Below, in pieces: positions 53,685 through 63,228 of a DNA stretch of 64,000 bases. The notes under the pieces are model-generated. The model was given only the letters and a program-made list of their open reading frames with translations, did no database searches and was not told where the DNA came from. The position numbers and the translations under genes were made by a program. Position 1 is the stretch's first letter. Each line of letters starts with the position of its first letter. This DNA is from an uncultured Haloferula sp. (GTDB taxonomy: Bacteria; Verrucomicrobiota; Verrucomicrobiia; Verrucomicrobiales; Akkermansiaceae), in NCBI GenBank assembly GCA_965652295.1, contig CBFGTS010000010.1, positions 32,001 to 96,000 on the forward strand, given 5' to 3'.

Positions 53685-54979
53685 ATCGCCTGCAGGCGCT
53701 TTACGCTCTCATCCTGACCGAGGATCGCGAGAATGTCACCGAGGTCGGGGCCGCCGCCTTTTCCGCTGAGGGCGACGCGGGTGGGGAACATGAGCTGGCC
53801 GGGCTTGGCACCATTGGTCTGGGCGGTGTCGCCAATGGCGTGCTTGGCGGAGTCGGCGGACCACGCAGGGAGTTTTTCAAAGGCCTCGGCGAGGGCCTTG
53901 AGGAGGTCCTTGGCGGTGGGGTTGTTCTTCACCTTGGCCAGCGGTTCTTCGTCGATCGTGATGTCATCAAGCAGGAGGAAAGCGAGGGCATCGGGGACTT
54001 CCGAGAGAAGCCGTACTTTCTCCCGCACGGCGGCGGCGGCGTCAGGGTAGCGGTCGGTGACGGAGAGGCCGGCCGCTTCGACGAAGGGTTTGGCGGCCTC
54101 GGCGAAGACCTGCGGTGGTAGGGTGAGAAGATGCTGTTGGTTGAGCCAGGCGCATTTCTCGATGTCGAAGCGGGCGGGGGAGCGGTTGACGTTCTCCAGC
54201 GAGAAGCGGTCGACCAGCTCGCCGAGGGTGAAGATTTCCTCGTCGGTCTTCGGGTTCCAGCCGAGCAGGGCGAGGAAGTTGACGACGGCCTCGGAGACGA
54301 AGCCTTGGCGCGGGTAATCGCCGACGGCGGCACCAGCATCGCGTTTGGACATCTTGGAGCCATCGGGATTGAGGATCAGTGGGATGTGGGCATACTGAGG
54401 GGGCTCCACGCCGAAAGCCTCGAAAAGCTGGAGGTGCTTGGGCGTGTTCATGAGGTGGTCCTCGCCGCGGATCACGTGGGTGATCTGCATTTCGAGGTCA
54501 TCGACGACGTTGACGAAGTGGAACACATAGGAGCCGTCGGAGCGGCGGACGACCATGTCGGGCGTGTTCTCGACGTTGGCGTAGTCGATGGTGACTTCGC
54601 CGCAGACGAGATCGGTCATGGTCACGGGCTTGCGTTCGAAACGGAACCGCCAGGCACCATCGTCCTCGTAGACGCGGTCGTTGTTTTTCAGGACGTCGAA
54701 CCATTTGTCGTAGAGCGCAGTCCGCTCGGACTGGTTGTAGGGGCCGAATTCGCCGCCTTTTCCTTCGCCCTCGTCCCAATCGAGGCCGAGCCAGTGCATG
54801 CCGTCGAAGATGGCGGCGCGGGCTTCGTCGGTGTTGCGGGCGTGGTCGGTATCCTCGACGCGGAGGACGAAGGTGCCGCCGTGCTTGCGGGCAAAGAGGT
54901 AGTTGAAGAGGGCCGTGCGGGCACCGCCGACGTGGAGGTAGCCGGTCGGGGAGGGGGCGAAGCGGGTGCGGACGTGCAT
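53669..54979 (-). CDS. gltX: Glutamate--tRNA ligase
   Basis: RTRFAPSPTGYLHVGGARTAL, LRVEDTD, ITHVIRGEDH, KMSKR. Confidence 0.95.
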   Translation of the reverse strand: MHVRTRFAPSPTGYLHVGGARTALFNYLFARKHGGTFVLRVEDTDHARNTDEARAAIFDGMHWLGLDWDEGEGKGGEFGPYNQSERTALYDKWFDVLKNNDRVYEDDGAWRFRFERKPVTMTDLVCGEVTIDYANVENTPDMVVRRSDGSYVFHFVNVVDDLEMQITHVIRGEDHLMNTPKHLQLFEAFGVEPPQYAHIPLILNPDGSKMSKRDAGAAVGDYPRQGFVSEAVVNFLALLGWNPKTDEEIFTLGELVDRFSLENVNRSPARFDIEKCAWLNQQHLLTLPPQVFAEAAKPFVEAAGLSVTDRYPDAAAAVREKVRLLSEVPDALAFLLLDDITIDEEPLAKVKNNPTAKDLLKALAEAFEKLPAWSADSAKHAIGDTAQTNGAKPGQLMFPTRVALSGKGGGPDLGDILAILGQDESVKRLQAMERRL

Positions 54980-55060
54980 GTCGGGAGTGCGGCGCGGGAC
55001 GGGGCGGATGCCAAGGAAAAGTTGCCGGCCCGGGGCGGGCGGTGTCTGGTGGCGGTGGCG

Positions 55061-56146
55061 ATGACACGCGGACGGATCGGCACGCGCGGAAACTGGGTGG
55101 CGGGCGCTTCGCTGGCGCTGGCGGCCGGGGGGCTGGCGTGGGTGGATGGCGCGTTGCTGGCGCTGGCATTGGTGGGCCTGCTGTTGCTGGCGGTGACTTG
55201 GGTAGTGGGGCGGTGGAATGTGGCGCGGGTGGAAGTGGATTTCCAGGGGCCGCGAGCGGTGGTGGCGGGTCAGCCGGCGCGGGCGCGGGTGGAGGTGAGA
55301 GATGGAAGGAGGTGGCTGGATGGGTTCGGGCTTGAGGTGGCGATGGAAGGGCCGGGCGGGATGTCGATGGCATTGGCCGTGCCGTGGTTGCCGACGGGGT
55401 CGGTGGCGACGGGCGAGCTGGCGTTTTCCGCGCCCGGACGGGGGGCGGCGGATGAATTGCGGGTGGCGGTGAGGTCGGATTTCCCGTGGGGGATGTTCGA
55501 TTTCGAGCGGCGATGGGAGATCGGCAGGGAAATTCTGGTGCTGCCGCGATCGATCCGGCCGGAGCCGTTGCTGGAGGGCTGGGCGGATGCGGGGGAGACG
55601 AGGGAGCGGCCGCGGTGGGGCGATGGGGGCGAGTGGAGGGGGATGCGCGACTACCGCCCGGGCGACCGGGTGCGGACGGTGCGCTGGCCGGCGAGCGTGA
55701 AGTCGCTGGCGCGGGGCGGCGGGCTGCTGGTGGCGGAGCCAGATCCGCCGGGCGGGCGGATCGATGAGGCATGGCTGGTGTTTCACTCGGCGGGCGAGGG
55801 CTCGCTGATCCGGCCGGATCGGTTCGAGCGGGCGATCTCGCTTTTCCGCGGAGAAACCGAGCGGCTGGTGGCGGCGGGGCGGACGGTGGTTTGGATGGCG
55901 GATTTCCTGGAATGGATGCCTTTCCGGATCGACGGACGGCGCGACCTGGCGGCGGCGGGCGAGGTGCTGGCGCGGGCGAAGCGGGCAATGGGAACGCAGC
56001 GGCATGAGGTGATCGGACGGCTGGCCGAGGCAGGCGGAGTGGTGAGGGTTTTCTCGGATGAACCGGCGGAGCGGTGGCGGGGGTGGCTGGCGCAGCCGGA
56101 GCGGGCGGTGGATGGTGTGCGCGACGAGAAAGGAGGACGGCGGTGA
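55061..56146 (+). CDS. DUF58 domain protein
   Basis: Two N-terminal TMs; SDFPWG; EWRGMRDYRPGDRVRTVRWPAS. Confidence 0.85.
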   Translation: MTRGRIGTRGNWVAGASLALAAGGLAWVDGALLALALVGLLLLAVTWVVGRWNVARVEVDFQGPRAVVAGQPARARVEVRDGRRWLDGFGLEVAMEGPGGMSMALAVPWLPTGSVATGELAFSAPGRGAADELRVAVRSDFPWGMFDFERRWEIGREILVLPRSIRPEPLLEGWADAGETRERPRWGDGGEWRGMRDYRPGDRVRTVRWPASVKSLARGGGLLVAEPDPPGGRIDEAWLVFHSAGEGSLIRPDRFERAISLFRGETERLVAAGRTVVWMADFLEWMPFRIDGRRDLAAAGEVLARAKRAMGTQRHEVIGRLAEAGGVVRVFSDEPAERWRGWLAQPERAVDGVRDEKGGRR

Positions 56147-57804
56147 AGTGGGAGCGGCGGCTGGCGGCGGTGGCGATGGCGGGCGCGGTGGTCTTGGCGG
56201 TGGCGCTGCTGCGGGGGTGGCCCGCGGGGTGGCAGGAGGCATTTCGCGAAGGCGTGGCGGGTGTGCTGCTGATGGCGGGGCTGGCGTGGTGGTCGCGCCG
56301 GGTGAAGCCGGCCGGTGTGGTGGCCGCGGCGCGGCGAAGCGGCCGGACGGATGGGGTGGCGCTGGCTTTGGGAATCGTGGGGCTGGTGGCGGGGCTTTTC
56401 GGAATCCTGGCCTGGGCACCGGAGCCGGCGGAATCGCTGGCCTCGCGGGTGGCGGTGATGTGGCGGGCTCCGGAGGCGAGGACGTTGGCGGAGAACGGCC
56501 GACCGGAACCTCCGGCGCGGAGCGGGAACTGGCTGTGGGACGAAGCAGGGCGGCGCGAGTTGCCGCGTCGGGCGAGGTTGGAGCCGGCGAACCGGCCGGA
56601 GGCATTCGTGCAGGCGGATGACGAGGGTGCGCTGCTGGCGCGGCGGTTGTATCTGGAAGCGTTCGCGTTGGAGCAGTACGAGGACGACGTCTGGTCATCG
56701 CCGGCTACGCACGAGACATTGTCGGCGGGAAACGACGGTTGGATCCGCTTTGAGGAGGAAACGGAGGGCGTGGGACATCGCATCTGGCTGGGGGCGAGCG
56801 GCTCGTCGCGTCAACCGCTGGTGGCGCTGCAAGGGCTGCGGGCGGCGGAGGTGGAGCAAGCGCGGCGGGATGGCGGCGTGGCGACCCTGCCGGGCGGGGA
56901 GCCGGTGAACTACGCGGCGGTTTCCCGGATGCGGACGCTGGCGGAGCCCGGTCCGGCGGATGAGGAAACGGCGGTGCCGGATGAGCGGTTTTTAAAACTG
57001 GAGGGCGAGGAGCGTCTGCGGGCGCTGGCGGTGGAGTTTGCCGGCGAGGGGGACATCGGGACAAGGCTGGGGCGCTTGCGAGACCGCCTGCGCGGCCATG
57101 CGGCGTATTCGTTGACCATCGAGAATCCCGGCGGGTTCGATCCGCTGGAGAACTTCCTGTTTCACGAACGGCGCGGGCACTGCGAGCTTTTCGCCACGGC
57201 GGGGGCGTTGATGGCGAGGGCGATCGGGGTGCCGTCGAGGATCGCCTATGGCTGGGCCGGGGGGACCTACTACGAATCTGGTAAATGGTTCGTCTTCCGG
57301 GCGCGCGACGCCCATGCGTGGACGGAGGTGTGGCTGGAGGGGCGGGGGTGGGTGGTGATGGACCCGACGCCGCCGCAGGCGATCGGAGGAGGTCGGCCGG
57401 CGCTGGCGGCCGCGGATGAGCCGGTGCCGTTGGAATCCGATGCGGCGGAGGGCGGAACGCGGTCCGAGGGCGGGATTTGGCTGATGTTGTTCGCGGCGGT
57501 GGCGGCCGGGGTGGGTTTGCTCGGGAGATGGCGGAGCTCGCTCTCCGTCGCGGCCTCTCGCGGTGAGGTGGCGGAACTTCCCTACGAGCAAGGTTTTCGG
57601 AGGGCATGCGCACGGGCGGGCTTGAGGGCGGAGCCGGGGGCGACCTTGAGGGAGCTGGTGAGTCGTTTTGGGGAAGAGCGGCCGGGTTTCGCAGGGGAAA
57701 TGGTGAGCTACCACTACGGGGTGCGGTATGAGGGGAAACCGCGGGATAGGGAGCGGGAAAGGAAGCTGGCCGCGGAGGTCAGAGGGTGGAGCGGAGGGAA
57801 ATAG
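56143..57804 (+). CDS. Membrane-bound transglutaminase-like protein (TgpA-like)
   Basis: RRGHCELFATA (Cys), AHAWTEVW (His), VMDPT (Asp); GTGA overlap with the DUF58 gene. Confidence 0.85.
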   Translation: MKWERRLAAVAMAGAVVLAVALLRGWPAGWQEAFREGVAGVLLMAGLAWWSRRVKPAGVVAAARRSGRTDGVALALGIVGLVAGLFGILAWAPEPAESLASRVAVMWRAPEARTLAENGRPEPPARSGNWLWDEAGRRELPRRARLEPANRPEAFVQADDEGALLARRLYLEAFALEQYEDDVWSSPATHETLSAGNDGWIRFEEETEGVGHRIWLGASGSSRQPLVALQGLRAAEVEQARRDGGVATLPGGEPVNYAAVSRMRTLAEPGPADEETAVPDERFLKLEGEERLRALAVEFAGEGDIGTRLGRLRDRLRGHAAYSLTIENPGGFDPLENFLFHERRGHCELFATAGALMARAIGVPSRIAYGWAGGTYYESGKWFVFRARDAHAWTEVWLEGRGWVVMDPTPPQAIGGGRPALAAADEPVPLESDAAEGGTRSEGGIWLMLFAAVAAGVGLLGRWRSSLSVAASRGEVAELPYEQGFRRACARAGLRAEPGATLRELVSRFGEERPGFAGEMVSYHYGVRYEGKPRDRERERKLAAEVRGWSGGK

Positions 57805-57825
57805 ACGACGGCAGGACCGGCGCCA

Positions 57826-57845
57826 CCCCCTGAAGGGGGAACTAC
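57826..57845 (-). repeat. REP-like palindrome GTAG-TT-CCCCC-TTCA-GGGGG
   Basis: GTAG tetramer plus short hairpin between convergent genes. Confidence 0.5.
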
Positions 57846-57876
57846 GTGCGGATGGAGGCGGGCAGTTTGAGAAGAC

Positions 57877-58755
57877 TCAGCGGTTGAGTTCGTTGAGGCC
57901 TTTCTGCTGGTACTGCTGGTCCCGTAGTTTGCGGAGGTATTCGAGGTAGCGGCGCTTGGCCTCGAAGTCGGTGCCGTCGGCGGTGACGGCCTGCGGTTGA
58001 TGGCCGTATTTTTTCCACGGCCCGTAGGGGACCTGGGCGTCCTCGACGAAACGCCAATGGCATTTTTCCCCGGACTGGAGGCCGAGGTAATCGCGGACGG
58101 AGGGGGAGATATCGATGGCGGCGCCCTGGTTGTTTCGATTTTTGGGCGGCGAATTGCCGAAGACGTAGGCCCAGTCGTCGGTGACGAAGGGGCCGCAATC
58201 CTCCCACTGGGCGTAGCAACTACGGCCTCCGTGGTAGATCTGGACCCAGCGGCCCTTGAGGACGGTCTTGCCGGGGAGCGGGTTGTGGCGGCGGAACCAG
58301 GGGATCACGCGGGCGGCCTCGGGCTTGTGGACGTTGTAGCGGAGGACGTCGTTGTAGGGGAGGGCGATGTAGAAGGGGTTGAGCTTCGGGATGAAGCCCT
58401 TCGGCCGGAAATCCGAGCTGCGGTGGTCGGCGACGCGTGAGGCGGGGTCCGGGTTGTCGTAGCCGCCGAAGTTCGCCATCCAGTTCTGGTCCCAGGAGGA
58501 CTTGCAGTTGGGGACGGGGTTGTTCTGGGTCGGCTGCTCGCCGATCCAGAAGACGGTGGCGGTGATGTTCTGCCGCCAGGGATAGAGCTGTCCGTTGGCC
58601 GGGGCCGGTGCGCGGGTGGCACGGATGGGCTGGCGGGCGGTGGGAATGATCACCCGCGGCATGGCCGAGGAGCTGGCCGCCGTTTGCGCCCGTACGCCGA
58701 CCGAGGTCGCGAGGAGAACCATCGCGAGCGCAAGGGAGGGGTGGGCTTTCAGCAT
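57877..58755 (-). CDS. Secreted hypothetical protein, possible double-psi beta-barrel (RlpA/expansin-like) fold
   Basis: Signal peptide; ITATVFW, IALP, RWVQI...AQWEDCGP...AAIDISP. Confidence 0.6.
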   Translation of the reverse strand: MLKAHPSLALAMVLLATSVGVRAQTAASSSAMPRVIIPTARQPIRATRAPAPANGQLYPWRQNITATVFWIGEQPTQNNPVPNCKSSWDQNWMANFGGYDNPDPASRVADHRSSDFRPKGFIPKLNPFYIALPYNDVLRYNVHKPEAARVIPWFRRHNPLPGKTVLKGRWVQIYHGGRSCYAQWEDCGPFVTDDWAYVFGNSPPKNRNNQGAAIDISPSVRDYLGLQSGEKCHWRFVEDAQVPYGPWKKYGHQPQAVTADGTDFEAKRRYLEYLRKLRDQQYQQKGLNELNR

Positions 58756-58771
58756 GCGGAGGGTTGAGGAA

Positions 58772-60385
58772 CTAGAAGCGGCGGAGTTCGGTATTGCGGG
58801 CGAACTCGGCGTCGGTCTGCGGGTAGTCTAGCGTATGATGCAAGCCCCTCGATTCGCGGCGCCGGATCGCGCTGTCCACGACCAGCGAGGCGACCTCGAC
58901 GAGATTGCGCAGTTCGAGGATGTCGGCGTTCACCCGGTGGCCCCAGTAGAACTCGCGGACTTCCTTGCGCAGGTTCTGCAATCGAGTGGCGGCGCGGCGC
59001 AGGCGGTTGTTGGTGCGAACGATGGAAACGTAGTCCCACATGAGGCGGCGGAGCTCGTCCCAGTTGTGGTAGATGACGACGAGTTCGTCGGGCGGTGCGG
59101 TATCGCCGTGCTCCCAGGGTGGGATGGCGGGGGCTTCGGGGCAGGGTTTTCCCGGAGGGTGATGGCGCATGATGCGGTCGAGCGCGCGGCGGGCGAGGAC
59201 GTTGCCTTCCAGCAGCGAGTTCGAGGCGAGGCGGTTGGCGCCGTGGAGGCCGGTGCAGGCGACCTCGCCGATGGCGTGGAGGCCGCGGATGGTGGTGCGG
59301 CCGTCGAGGTCGGTTTTCACGCCGCCGCACTGGTAATGGGCAGCGGGGACGACGGGGATCGGCTGCTTTTCGGCATCGAGCCCGAAGGACAGGAGCTTTT
59401 CGTGGATGAAGGGAAAACGGTCGCGGAAGAAGCCGGGCGGCTTGTGGGTGATGTCGAGGTAGACGCAGGGTGCGCCGGTTCGTTTGATTTCGCGGTCGAT
59501 GGCGCGGGCGACGATGTCGCGGGGGGCGAGCGAGCCCCGGGGGTCGGTGCGTTTCACGAAGTCCTCGCCTTTGCCATTGATCAGCACCGCGCCCTCGCCG
59601 CGGACGGCCTCGGAGACGAGGAATGAGCGGGCCTCCGGACCGCTGGCGGCGGGGTTGTAGAAGCAGGTGGGGTGGAACTGGATGAATTCCATGTTCTCGA
59701 TCGTCGCGCCGGCGCGCCAGGCCATTGCCAGGCCGTCGCCGGTGGAGGAGTCGGGATTGGTGGTGTAGAGATAGACTTTTCCGCAACCGCCGGTGGCGAG
59801 GATGACCCGATCCGAGCGGAACACTCGGACTTCGCCCGAGGTGCGGTCGAGGACGTAGGCACCGAGCACGCGGTCATCGGTGACCATGCCGAGCTTGCCG
59901 GTGGTGATGAGGTCGATGGCGAAATGGTCCTCCAGCAGCGTGAGCCGCGGTGTGCGGCGTGCGGCCTCGACCAGCGAGCCGGCGATCTCGAGGCCGGTGG
60001 TGTCTTTCGAGTGGAGGATGCGGCGGTGGCTGTGACCGCCTTCCTTGCCCAGCGCGAAGCGATCGCCGGAGCGGTCGAAGTCGGTGCCGAGTGAAACGAG
60101 GTCGTCGATGGTGGCGGCACCCTCGGAGATGATGGTGCGGACGGCTTGCTCGTCGCAAAGCCCGGCCCCGGCGTCGAGGGTGTCGGCGACATGGGCCTCG
60201 ATGGAATCGCCGGGGTCGCGCAGGGATTCCGGGAGAACCGAGGCGATGCCGCCCTGGGCCCAGGCGGTGTTGGAGTCCAGCAGCTTGCCCTTGGTGATGA
60301 CCGTAACCGATCCGTGGGCGGCGGCGCGGATGGCGAAGGACAGCCCGGCAATGCCGGCACCGATGACGAGAAAGTCGGAGGTCAA
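58772..60385 (-). CDS. nadB: L-aspartate oxidase
   Basis: DFLVIGAGIAG, WAQGGIA, EGGHSHRRILH, FIQFHPT, AHYQCGG, GLHGANRLASNSLLE, ESRGLH. Start uncertain (TTG at 60385 or 60445). Confidence 0.93.
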   Translation of the reverse strand: MTSDFLVIGAGIAGLSFAIRAAAHGSVTVITKGKLLDSNTAWAQGGIASVLPESLRDPGDSIEAHVADTLDAGAGLCDEQAVRTIISEGAATIDDLVSLGTDFDRSGDRFALGKEGGHSHRRILHSKDTTGLEIAGSLVEAARRTPRLTLLEDHFAIDLITTGKLGMVTDDRVLGAYVLDRTSGEVRVFRSDRVILATGGCGKVYLYTTNPDSSTGDGLAMAWRAGATIENMEFIQFHPTCFYNPAASGPEARSFLVSEAVRGEGAVLINGKGEDFVKRTDPRGSLAPRDIVARAIDREIKRTGAPCVYLDITHKPPGFFRDRFPFIHEKLLSFGLDAEKQPIPVVPAAHYQCGGVKTDLDGRTTIRGLHAIGEVACTGLHGANRLASNSLLEGNVLARRALDRIMRHHPPGKPCPEAPAIPPWEHGDTAPPDELVVIYHNWDELRRLMWDYVSIVRTNNRLRRAATRLQNLRKEVREFYWGHRVNADILELRNLVEVASLVVDSAIRRRESRGLHHTLDYPQTDAEFARNTELRRF

Positions 60386-60466
60386 GGGAGTGCGGAGTTC
60401 GGATTGCCGGGATTTTCCGGGCGTGGGCGGGGATTGAACCGTCAAGACGCCGGGGTCGCCAAGGAA

Positions 60467-61312
60467 TTATGCGGAGGCGGGCAGGGTGATGTTATCGATC
60501 AGCCGGATCTCTCCGTAGAAGACGGCGGTTGCCAGAAGGGTGGGGCGGGAAAGGTCGGAGGTGGGCTGGAGGGTCCCGGCATCGACGAGTTCGAGGTAGT
60601 CGATACGGTTGAGCGGAGAGGCGATGGCATCGCGGGTTTGATCGAGGAGGGCGGCGGGAGGAAGTCGGGGATGGGCATGGCGGATGGAATCCGCCGCCAC
60701 GACGAGGGCGCGGTGGATGCGTGGGGTGTCGGCGCGTTGTTCGGGGGTGAGGCGGACGTTGCGGGAGGACATCGCCAGGCCGTCGGGCTCGCGGACGGTG
60801 GGGGCAGCGATGATTTCCACCGGCACATCTAGGTCTCGGACCATGCGGCGGATGATGGCGAGCTGCTGGAAGTCCTTTTCCCCGAAGACGGCGGCTGCGG
60901 GCTGGAACTGGTTGAAGAGCTTCAGCACCACGGTGCAAACGCCATCGAAATGCCCCGGCCGGGTGGCACCGCAGAGGGTCTTGGAAAGCGAGGTCTCCAA
61001 GACGGTCACGGAGCGATCCGGAAAATACATCGAGTCCGTCGTGGGTGCGAAGACCAGATCGACCCCGGCGGCGCGGCATTTTTCAAGGTCGGACTCAAGC
61101 GTGCGCGGGTAGGCATCGAGGTCGCTGGCGCGGTCGAATTGGATGGGGTTGACGAAGATCGAGACGGCGACGAGTCCGTCGGATCCCGCCGCCTTGCGGG
61201 CGTGGCGGATCAGTTCCAGGTGACCCGGATGCAGCGCGCCCATGGTGGGGACGAGGACGGGCGGGCGGGCGAGGCTTCTGCGGAGATCCGGAACGGTGGT
61301 GACGACGCGCAT
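60467..61312 (-). CDS. panC: Pantoate--beta-alanine ligase
   Basis: VPTMGALHPGH, SIFVNPIQF, RPGHFDGV, FGEKDFQQ, REPDGLAMSSRN, RLIDN. Confidence 0.95.
   Translation of the reverse strand: MRVVTTVPDLRRSLARPPVLVPTMGALHPGHLELIRHARKAAGSDGLVAVSIFVNPIQFDRASDLDAYPRTLESDLEKCRAAGVDLVFAPTTDSMYFPDRSVTVLETSLSKTLCGATRPGHFDGVCTVVLKLFNQFQPAAAVFGEKDFQQLAIIRRMVRDLDVPVEIIAAPTVREPDGLAMSSRNVRLTPEQRADTPRIHRALVVAADSIRHAHPRLPPAALLDQTRDAIASPLNRIDYLELVDAGTLQPTSDLSRPTLLATAVFYGEIRLIDNITLPASA
60673..60701 (-). repeat. REP-like palindrome in-frame inside panC
   Basis: 29/29 identical to the intergenic copy at 728-756; encodes VAADSIRHA. Confidence 0.8.
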
Positions 61313-61428
61313 CCGGACGAGCATGGAGGAGGAGGAATTTGCCCGCAAGGGCCGGGAGTGGACGTTGACGCGGGCCGGAAATCCGTTCAGGGTGCCGCGG
61401 AACCCCAGCGGGAAATCCCATTTATCAT

Positions 61429-62055
61429 ATGATTCGTCGCCTTATCCCTTTCGCCGTGGCCGCCATCCTGTGTGGCACTTCGCTCGCCCAGGACGCCAAG
61501 CTGAAGATCGCCACGGTCGATATGCAGCAGCTGTTCAAGGAATACTACCGCACGGAGGAGGCCCAGCAGCAGGTCAACGTCGAGCGCGCCCGTATTCAGA
61601 AGGAACTCAACGAGCGCTTCGCCCGCATTCAGGAAATCGATGAGGAGCTCAAGAAGCTGCGCAAGATGCTCGACGACCCGTCGATCAACGATTCCAAGAA
61701 GCAGGAAGTCCACCGCGACTGGCAGATGAAGCAGCAGGAGGGCATCGCCCTCGACCGTGAGCGCCGCGAGTTCCAGCAGCGCCGCACCCAGGCCCTCAAC
61801 GAGACCATGGTGCAGCGGATGAAGGGCATCCTCGAAGAAATCCGCAAGCTCGTCGAAGAGCAGGCCAAGAAGGAGGACTACGACTACGTGTTCGACAAGT
61901 CCGGCCTGAGCACCTCGCAGGTTCCCTTCCTGCTCTACACGAAGGACGCGACCGACATCACCCCGGTCCTCCTGGTGGACCTGAACAAGGATGCTCCGGC
62001 CGAGGCCACCTCCACCGAGGAAGCCCCGGCGGAAGGCGGCGAGGCCACCGAGTGA
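61429..62055 (+). CDS. skp: OmpH/Skp periplasmic chaperone
   Basis: Signal peptide, KIATVDMQQLF, coiled coil, YDYVFDKS, DIT; upstream of lpxD. Confidence 0.88.
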   Translation: MIRRLIPFAVAAILCGTSLAQDAKLKIATVDMQQLFKEYYRTEEAQQQVNVERARIQKELNERFARIQEIDEELKKLRKMLDDPSINDSKKQEVHRDWQMKQQEGIALDRERREFQQRRTQALNETMVQRMKGILEEIRKLVEEQAKKEDYDYVFDKSGLSTSQVPFLLYTKDATDITPVLLVDLNKDAPAEATSTEEAPAEGGEATE

Positions 62056-62065
62056 CCTACTCTGC

Positions 62066-63085
62066 GTGAGCCAACTGACTCTTTCCGAGCTCGCCCAACG
62101 GATCGACGGTGACGTCGTCCGGGGCGAGCTCGCTCTTTTGATCACCGGCATCGCCGCGCTCGACGAGGCGGGGCCCGGTGAAATCTCGTTTCTAGGAAAC
62201 GAGAAATACCGCCAGCAGTTCCTCGAAACCAAGGCCGGCGTGGTGATCGTTCCCCGCGGCGTGACGGAGGGGCCGGAAAACGTGGCGCTCGTCGCCTGCG
62301 ACAACCCTTCCTACGCCTTCGGGCTGGTGGTGAAGCATTTCACCGAATCACTGGCCCGGGTTTTCACGCCTGGCATTCACGAACGTGCGGTCGTTGAGCC
62401 CACCGCACGGCTGGACGCCGAAAAAGTTCGCATCCACGCCGGAGCGGTCGTCATGGCCGGCGCGACCATCGGGGAGGGTACGGAAATCGGTCCGAACGCG
62501 GTGATCGGCGAGAACGTGGTGATCGGCCGCGATTGCCAGATCCACGCCAACGTTTCCATCCGCGAGCGTTGCCAGGTCGGCGACCGCGTTATTTTGCAGC
62601 CCGGCGCGGTGATCGGGTCCGATGGCTTTGGCTACGAGACCGTCAACGGACGCCACGTGAAGATCGACCAAATCGGCATCGTGGAAATCCAGGACGACGT
62701 CGAGATCGGAGCGAACACCACCGTCGATCGCGCGCGTTTCGGACGGACGGTGGTCGGTATGGGGAGCAAGATCGATAATCTCGTCCAAGTCGCCCACAAC
62801 GTGCAGATCGGTCCCCACAACCTGTTCGTTTCCCAGAGTGGCATCGCCGGCAGCTCCAAGACCGGTGCGTATGTCGTTGCGGCGGCGCAGGTGGGCATCG
62901 CCGGTCACCTGCGCGTCGGGGATCAGGCGATCCTTGCCGGGCGCACCGGCGTCACATCAAACATTGAGGGCGGAAAGACCTACGGTGGCTATCCCGCTCA
63001 GCCGCAGATGGACGAGCAGCGGCAAAAGGCGGCGCTGAGGAAGCTGCCCGACCTGCTCAAGCGGGTGAAGAAGCTGGAGGGGTGA
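62066..63085 (+). CDS. lpxD: UDP-3-O-(3-hydroxymyristoyl)glucosamine N-acyltransferase
   Basis: Hexapeptide repeats, IGSDGFGY, VEIGANTTVDR, KIDNLVQVAHNV. Confidence 0.95.
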   Translation: MSQLTLSELAQRIDGDVVRGELALLITGIAALDEAGPGEISFLGNEKYRQQFLETKAGVVIVPRGVTEGPENVALVACDNPSYAFGLVVKHFTESLARVFTPGIHERAVVEPTARLDAEKVRIHAGAVVMAGATIGEGTEIGPNAVIGENVVIGRDCQIHANVSIRERCQVGDRVILQPGAVIGSDGFGYETVNGRHVKIDQIGIVEIQDDVEIGANTTVDRARFGRTVVGMGSKIDNLVQVAHNVQIGPHNLFVSQSGIAGSSKTGAYVVAAAQVGIAGHLRVGDQAILAGRTGVTSNIEGGKTYGGYPAQPQMDEQRQKAALRKLPDLLKRVKKLEG

Positions 63086-63228
63086 GGAGAGCGGGTTTGC
63101 GACCCGCTTTCAATCTTCCACGCCGACTGTCGAAGAAGGGGGATTGCCGGGCTCGGTGCGTGGCGGTCGGTAGGACGAGGCGGTGAATCGGTTTTGAAAA
63201 ATGGAAGCGGGTCGCAAAGCCGCTCTCC
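63086..63228. repeat. REPIN-like inverted REP doublet spanning the whole lpxD-proS gap
   Basis: GGAGAGCGGGTTTGCGACCCGC right after the lpxD TGA, and GGAGAGCGGCTTTGCGACCCGC right after the proS TGA on the minus strand. Confidence 0.85.

Noticed and set aside
54980..56698. 573-aa Pro/Arg-rich N-terminal extension of gltX in the ORF track
   Set aside because: It is the antisense of the G-rich DUF58/transglutaminase genes; the true GltX starts at MHVRTRF (54979).
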